From assembly GCA_030833685.1 (NCBI GenBank), contig JAURGS010000001.1, positions 1-41,573 on the forward strand: a stretch of DNA of 41,573 nt. Direction: 5' to 3'. The position numbers were made by a program, and so were the translations under genes. This document shows positions 36,491 through 41,573 of this stretch, piece after piece. The stretch comes from Rhodoferax sp. (GTDB taxonomy: Bacteria; Pseudomonadota; Gammaproteobacteria; Burkholderiales; Burkholderiaceae_C). Each line of letters begins with the position of its first letter. The stretch's first letter is position 1. The notes beneath the pieces were generated by a model. That model was not told the DNA's origin, did not search any database, and saw only the letters and a program-made list of their open reading frames with translations.

Positions 36491-37735
36491 TCAGCCGTAA
36501 ACCGGAAAACGGGCCGTCAGTGCATTGACCCTGGCACGCACGGCGTCGATGTTGGCGCTATCGCGCGGGTTGTCCAGAACGTCAGCGATCAGGTTGGCCG
36601 TGAGCCGAGCCTCTTCATCCTTGAAGCCGCGGGTGGTCATGGCTGGTGTGCCGATACGCACGCCGCTGGTCACCATCGGTTTTTCGGGGTCGTTGGGAAT
36701 CGCATTTTTATTGATGGTCATGTGCGCTGCGCCTAGAACGGCTTCAGCCTCTTTGCCAGTGAGTCCCTTGGAGCGCAGGTCTACCAGCATCACATGACTT
36801 TCAGTGCGGCCACTGACAATGCGCAGCCCGCGAGCTGTCAATGTCTCGGCCACGATCCTGGCGTTGGCAAGCACCTGTTGCTGATACAGCTTAAAGGCGG
36901 GGTCAAGGGCCTCTTTGAATGCGACTGCTTTGGCAGCGATGACGTGCATCAATGGGCCGCCCTGAAGGCCAGGGAAGATAGCGCTGTTGATGACCTTTTC
37001 GTGTGCCGCTTTCATCAGGATGATGCCTCCGCGCGGTCCGCGCAGGCTTTTGTGCGTGGTGCTGGTCACCACGTCAGCGTGGGGCACCGGGTTGGGGTAG
37101 ACGCCAGCCGCAATCAAGCCGGCATAGTGCGCCATGTCGACCATGAAAATGGCCCCCACCTCTTTGGCAACCTGGGCAAAACGCTCAAAATCGATGCGCA
37201 GGCTGTAGGCCGAGGCGCCCGCAATGATCAGCTTGGGTCGGGTTTCGTGGGCCTTGCGAGCCATCGCGTCGTAGTCGATCTCTTCCTTCTCATTGAGCCC
37301 GTATGACACGACGTTGAACCATTTGCCACTCATGTTGAGCGCCATGCCATGGGTCAGGTGACCGCCCTCGGCCAGGCTCATGCCCATGATGGTGTCTCCA
37401 GGCTTTAAGAAGGCCAGAAACACGGCCTCGTTTGCCGAGGCACCACAGTGGGCTTGGACGTTGGCTGCTTCGGCCCCAAAAAGTTGTTTGGCGCGATCAA
37501 TGGCCAGTTGTTCGGCCACGTCCACAAATTCACAGCCGCCGTAATAACGCTTGCCAGGATAACCTTCGGCGTATTTATTGGTCAGCTGCGTCCCTTGAGC
37601 GGCCATAACCGCTGGTGAGGCGTAGTTTTCGCTGGCGATCAATTCAATATGGTGCTCCTGGCGCTGGTTTTCGCGCTGGATTGCGGCAAACAATTCGGGG
37701 TCGGTTTGTTCGATAAGGGTTTGTCGGTTGAACAT
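36491..37735 (-). CDS. glyA: Serine hydroxymethyltransferase
   Basis: [30 protein letters not shown] and [12 protein letters not shown] motifs; start at MFNRQ (37735). Confidence 0.97.
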   Translation of the reverse strand: MFNRQTLIEQTDPELFAAIQRENQRQEHHIELIASENYASPAVMAAQGTQLTNKYAEGYPGKRYYGGCEFVDVAEQLAIDRAKQLFGAEAANVQAHCGASANEAVFLAFLKPGDTIMGMSLAEGGHLTHGMALNMSGKWFNVVSYGLNEKEEIDYDAMARKAHETRPKLIIAGASAYSLRIDFERFAQVAKEVGAIFMVDMAHYAGLIAAGVYPNPVPHADVVTSTTHKSLRGPRGGIILMKAAHEKVINSAIFPGLQGGPLMHVIAAKAVAFKEALDPAFKLYQQQVLANARIVAETLTARGLRIVSGRTESHVMLVDLRSKGLTGKEAEAVLGAAHMTINKNAIPNDPEKPMVTSGVRIGTPAMTTRGFKDEEARLTANLIADVLDNPRDSANIDAVRARVNALTARFPVYG

Positions 37736-37913
37736 GGTTTTGTCAGGTTTGAACTTGCGAAAATTCTTGTTGAAAAAAAGCGCTAAGCCTTGGGGTGTTT
37801 GCGCAATCAGGTTGCTGCCCATTCCTGGGGTGGTTGCAGGGACAAGGGCTTGGCCCTCAGCGGGGGCGCAGCCCGTTGGTTCATTTAGGCTGGGCGCCAC
37901 GGAAACGATTCTA
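37736..37913 (-). promoter_or_regulatory. glyA promoter (-10 TAGAAT at 37913-37908) and long structured 5' leader, candidate cis-regulatory RNA
   Basis: About 165-nt leader with two hairpins, an alternative long-range helix and a T7 tract; see findings. Confidence 0.45.
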
Positions 37914-37965
37914 GCGGCGGGGGTATGGCCGAGGGCCGGCACGCAGCCCGCTGGGGCCAGTCAGG

Positions 37966-38790
37966 TCAGTTCAGCGCCAGGCGAGGGGACTTTTCGGAGC
38001 TTGCAGGAGGGGCTGCTTTGGGCGGCGGCGCTTTGACTGTGGCTGAGCCAGCACTGTTGGAGAAGGGCGAGACCGTTGCGCCCTTGGCGACTTCCTGCAG
38101 CCGCTCGTACTCCGCCATGACTTTGGCGCCGTAGCCCCCATCGTCGCTGTGGTTGGTCGCGCCGACATAGCGCTGTAGGCCGCCCTCGATCGAGCCCGCG
38201 GCGCGCACACACTCTTCCAGCACCTTGACGCCAACACGAACATTGGCCAGCGGGTCAAAGGCAGCAAATTTACCGCCAAAACTGATGTACTTTTCGCTGT
38301 GAACCTTGGTCATCACCTGCATCAAACCTTGCGCGCCCATGGCGCTTTGCGCAAACGGGTTGAATCCAGACTCGATGGCCATCACAGCCAGCACCAGCTT
38401 GGGGTCGAGCTTGCTGCGAGCAGCTGCCTCGTAGGCCTCGGCGACGATGGCGCTCAGGGGTTCAGGTGCCACCCGGTAGCGTTTGCTCAACCACAGGGCA
38501 ATTGCCGCTTGCTGTTTGGGTAAATCGGTGGGGTCTGCTGCAGTCGCGCGGTCGCTGGCCAGCAGGTCACTGACCACGCCACCGACCTCGATTCGGCGCT
38601 CTTGCAGCCAACCAAACAGCTTGAACTCGCCCAGGTGACGCAATTCAGGGTAGGAGACCAGCGCGGCGCTCACAACCAGCACCAAGATGCCGATCATCGC
38701 CAGGCTGTTGTGTGCGGTGTCCAGCACCAACTTGACCATCTGGTTTGCCAGCTTGTGCGCGGACTCTGTCGCGTTACGCCATGTTGACAT
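37966..38790 (-). CDS. Lytic transglycosylase (SLT domain), membrane-anchored
   Basis: AVMAIESGFNP, GAQGLMQV, DPLANVRVG and YVG motifs; AAGGA RBS before ATG 38790. Confidence 0.9.
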   Translation of the reverse strand: MSTWRNATESAHKLANQMVKLVLDTAHNSLAMIGILVLVVSAALVSYPELRHLGEFKLFGWLQERRIEVGGVVSDLLASDRATAADPTDLPKQQAAIALWLSKRYRVAPEPLSAIVAEAYEAAARSKLDPKLVLAVMAIESGFNPFAQSAMGAQGLMQVMTKVHSEKYISFGGKFAAFDPLANVRVGVKVLEECVRAAGSIEGGLQRYVGATNHSDDGGYGAKVMAEYERLQEVAKGATVSPFSNSAGSATVKAPPPKAAPPASSEKSPRLALN

Positions 38791-39170
38791 CAGCATTTCC
38801 TTCTTTCGCACACACCCGCTTCGGGCCCGAGGGCTCGGCGTGGTGGCGCTGGGTTGTTACGCTTGTTCATGGAATCAGACGGGCGCCGTAACTTTCGCGT
38901 AGTCTGATCAAGCCCTGGCCGTTGAGGCATTGAGGGGGCGGGCTAAAGTAAGCAGGATTTTACCTTTTATCGCCTGGCCGGCGGACTCCATGGCCAGCCG
39001 TGCTCGAATGCGGGCGGACGCTTTAGGGTTTGCTCGGTTGGTTTTGATGCGCGTTACAAGGGGCCAGGCCCTTGGTCTACGCTTGAAATAGGGGCGAAAA
39101 TAGACACCGTCAGTCGTTGGCAGGTGCGCTAAGCCCTGTCTTTTAATATGGTTTCTTCACGCCCCTTGCC

Positions 39171-41573
39171 ATGAACAACGCGTCGCATCACACCGATAGC
39201 CCTTCGGTCAGTCTCCACGAACTTGACCAGTGGACGTCGGGTGCTTTCTCGGCGCCCACATCGGCTGAACGGGTAGCGTCATTGCAGGCATGGTTGGCAA
39301 CATCGCCATCTGCCGAGCGCTTGCAGCTGGTCTACAAAGAGCTCAGTCACAAAGACAAGGGAGCAGCCAAACTCCTGCGTGAGCGTCTGGATGAAATCAA
39401 GCGCGACCGGGCGCAAAGTGAGCTGGCACAGGCCTGGGCTGAAAGAGCGCAAGGGTTGTTAGGGCAGGCGCTCATGAACCTGGCCGATGCCATGGCCTGG
39501 CAACGCGATGCAGCCAAGGCCGGCGCCCCCTTAAGCAAGGAGCCGCTTGCGGGCCTTAAAACTCAGCTGGCCGATCGGGTTCGCGCCACCGAGGATTTGC
39601 AGCACCGAGTGCAGGTTCAGCGCGAGGCGGCGGTATTGTTGGCGCAACGCATCGAGGTACTGTCGACTAAGTCGTGGGTAGACGCAGTGGCGAGCCAGCC
39701 AGGGCTTGAGGCTGATGTTCAACGTTGGCAGCAAGAGACCCAGGCGCTGGCCATCGAGCGCTGGTGGCCAGGTCTGGAGCACCGTTTCCAAGTGATGTTG
39801 GAGGACGCACGCTCGCAACTGCTGCAGGTCTGGGAGGCCTTTGGCGTGGCGCTACAGCAGGCCAAAACAGCCAGTGAGGACGCTCAGGCGCCTCTACCCC
39901 CGGTTCCCGTTTGGGCCGATGAGCTGCGCGCGTCCAGGTCTGAGTCTGATGCACCGGTTGTTCCTGAGGTTGTCGATCCCGCACTCAAAGCGCAAGCCGA
40001 GCAGAATGTGCGGGAGGTCTTGGCTAAGCTCGAAATAGAAGTTGCCGAAGGGCATGGCAAAGCCAGCGCCGGTGCTGCCACTGCCTTACGCGCTGCCTTG
40101 GCATCGCATGCTGGCCTGATCGACTCGCGCCTGGACAAGCGCGCTCACAGGGTGCTCTCTGCTGCCACTGAGCTGGAGAGCTGGCAGCGTTGGCGGGCCG
40201 ATCAAATTCGCGAAGAGTTGGTGACCAAGGCGCGTGCATTGGTACAGACGGAGTCGGGCCAGGCGCCTGGCGGACGAAAGCTGCAAGAGCAACTAAAGAC
40301 GCTGCGTCAAGCCTGGAAATTGACTGACCAAGGTGGGGTTCCGAACCACGCTTTGTGGAAAAAATTCGACAGCGCCTGTAACGAAGCCCACAAGCTTGTG
40401 GAGGCCTGGCTGAACCAGCGCAAGGCTGAAGCGGCGGCCGTGCAAGCGCAGCGCCAGGGATTGATTGATGAGCTGAAAGCCTGGGCGGCGCAGAACCGCA
40501 CGGCGCTTGACGATGACTGGCGGGGATTTGCGCGAATTTTGCATACCTTTGCGGAGCGTTGGCGCCAGGGCGGCCACCTCTCCGAAAAACAATTTGCGTC
40601 CCTGCATACCCAGTGGAAGAGCGCCATGGACGAGGCGGCTGCGCCCTTGAAGGACTTGCAGGCGCAAAGTCTCGCCAAACGCCAGCAACTGATTGAAGAA
40701 GCCAAGTCATTGACTGAGCATGCGCAGTTTCGCATTGAGGAAGTGAAAGCCTTGCAGCAACGCTGGCAAAGCGAAGCGCACGCGGTGCCGCTGGATCGGC
40801 GTCACGAGCAAAAACTTTGGGATGCGTTTAGAAAGCCGATTGACCAGGCGTTCGAGCGACGCAGTGCAGACCGCACCAAGGCTGAACAGGCGCTGGGTGC
40901 GCGTGACAGGCTTGTCCTGCAAGCTTCCGACGCACTTAAAGAAGCCAACGCGTCTGGTGATGCGCAAAAGATCAAGGCGGCCATGGACGCACTGCAGCAG
41001 GTGTTGCGTGGCGACGCTGGTTCGGGCGCGCCTTTGCACAATGCTGAGCCCGACCAGAGGCAGCCAGCGCACACCTTAGGGGAGTCCGCGCAAGACGTGG
41101 CCGACGCGCCTTCGTCAGACCCCTCAACAACATCGACGACAGCCGGTAGGGGTGAGGGCGTGGCCAAGCGCCCGGTTGTTGCGATGCGTGGGGATGATCG
41201 ACCCAGCGCCAAAATTTCAGCGCCGGCTGCGCCGCGTCCCCAGGCTGGTAAAGACCGCGGCGCGCGTGGGCCACGCGCAGGCTTTGAGGCAACGCGCCGT
41301 GATGCGCGCCCGGTGCGCCCAGATGCACCGCGCCTGGGCGAGCCTGCGTTCAGATCGCAACGCGATGCCATGGAACAGGCCGAATTGGCCTTGCGAAAAC
41401 TCGCTGCTCATGCCCATGGTGAGGCATTGACGCAGCTGCTGCTGGCCTGGCAACAGCGCGACGCCAACAAGGTGCCGTCGGCGCATGATTTGGGCAAGCG
41501 TTTGTCCGCCTCAGATCGGGCTATGTGGATCAAAGCACTATCGGATCAGGCTCACGGAGACAGTGGTGAGGCC
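39171..41573 (+). CDS. DUF349 domain coiled-coil protein, 3' end beyond the window
   Basis: Open frame from ATG 39171 (MNNASHH...GAFSAPTSAER...) in every stretch I translated through to the window end; DUF349-like repeats LRQAWK..G..NHALWKKFDSAC and LQQRWQ...EQKLWDAFR. Missing from the ORF track because no stop lies in the window. Confidence 0.8.
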   Translation, partial: MNNASHHTDSPSVSLHELDQWTSGAFSAPTSAERVASLQAWLATSPSAERLQLVYKELSHKDKGAAKLLRERLDEIKRDRAQSELAQAWAERAQGLLGQALMNLADAMAWQRDAAKAGAPLSKEPLAGLKTQLADRVRATEDLQHRVQVQREAAVLLAQRIEVLSTKSWVDAVASQPGLEADVQRWQQETQALAIERWWPGLEHRFQVMLEDARSQLLQVWEAFGVALQQAKTASEDAQAPLPPVPVWADELRASRSESDAPVVPEVVDPALKAQAEQNVREVLAKLEIEVAEGHGKASAGAATALRAALASHAGLIDSRLDKRAHRVLSAATELESWQRWRADQIREELVTKARALVQTESGQAPGGRKLQEQLKTLRQAWKLTDQGGVPNHALWKKFDSACNEAHKLVEAWLNQRKAEAAAVQAQRQGLIDELKAWAAQNRTALDDDWRGFARILHTFAERWRQGGHLSEKQFASLHTQWKSAMDEAAAPLKDLQAQSLAKRQQLIEEAKSLTEHAQFRIEEVKALQQRWQSEAHAVPLDRRHEQKLWDAFRKPIDQAFERRSADRTKAEQALGARDRLVLQASDALKEANASGDAQKIKAAMDALQQVLRGDAGSGAPLHNAEPDQRQPAHTLGESAQDVADAPSSDPSTTSTTAGRGEGVAKRPVVAMRGDDRPSAKISAPAAPRPQAGKDRGARGPRAGFEATRRDARPVRPDAPRLGEPAFRSQRDAMEQAELALRKLAAHAHGEALTQLLLAWQQRDANKVPSAHDLGKRLSASDRAMWIKALSDQAHGDSGEA

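Noticed and set aside
37780-37900. Calling the glyA leader a canonical ZMP/ZTP or glycine riboswitch
   Set aside because: The diagnostic sequence blocks are not present by eye; kept only as an unassigned candidate leader.
1-41573. CRISPR array, IS/transposase, prophage, defence system, tRNA or rRNA
   Set aside because: No spaced direct repeats, integrase, transposase or nuclease motifs, RNA-gene signatures or obvious compositional island were seen; nearly all sequence is explained by ordinary genes.

Overview
GC-rich betaproteobacterial chromosomal segment, most likely Comamonadaceae (inferred from the gene order uvrD/thrB/polA, nrdR/glyA/lytic transglycosylase and from protein style). I see no mobile element, CRISPR array, rRNA or tRNA. 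In order it carries: the end of a GST gene; a DUF924/thioesterase/SH3/M48 peptidase run; an amidohydrolase; a PcaR/PobR-type IclR regulator with its operator, divergent from a Liv-type ABC importer; a nucleotide/nucleoside scavenging cluster (lipoprotein UshA, IPNS-family 2OG-Fe(II) oxygenase, nucleoside hydrolase, ribokinase, BMP/Nup ABC importer); an atypical SDR; YeeE plus rhodanese; tarD; a stand-alone FecR-domain protein; guaC; uvrD; thrB; polA (1-nt frameshift, probably a sequencing error); LysE, pirin and AEC genes; nrdR; glyA; a lytic transglycosylase; and a DUF349 gene running off the right end. The most interesting signals are mostly non-coding: (1) a -10 box placed so that the transcription start falls in the 5' arm of an intrinsic terminator upstream of guaC, a candidate GTP/ATP-sensing start-site attenuator; (2) a structured glyA leader with alternative pairings that lacks the canonical ZTP riboswitch signature; (3) several genes with a -10 hexamer exactly 6 nt before ATG (likely leaderless mRNAs); (4) a recurring AGGG-N4-CCCT palindrome. 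The oxygenase in the nucleoside cluster also suggests an uncharacterised route for modified nucleosides. All mechanisms are hypotheses from reading the sequence by eye.
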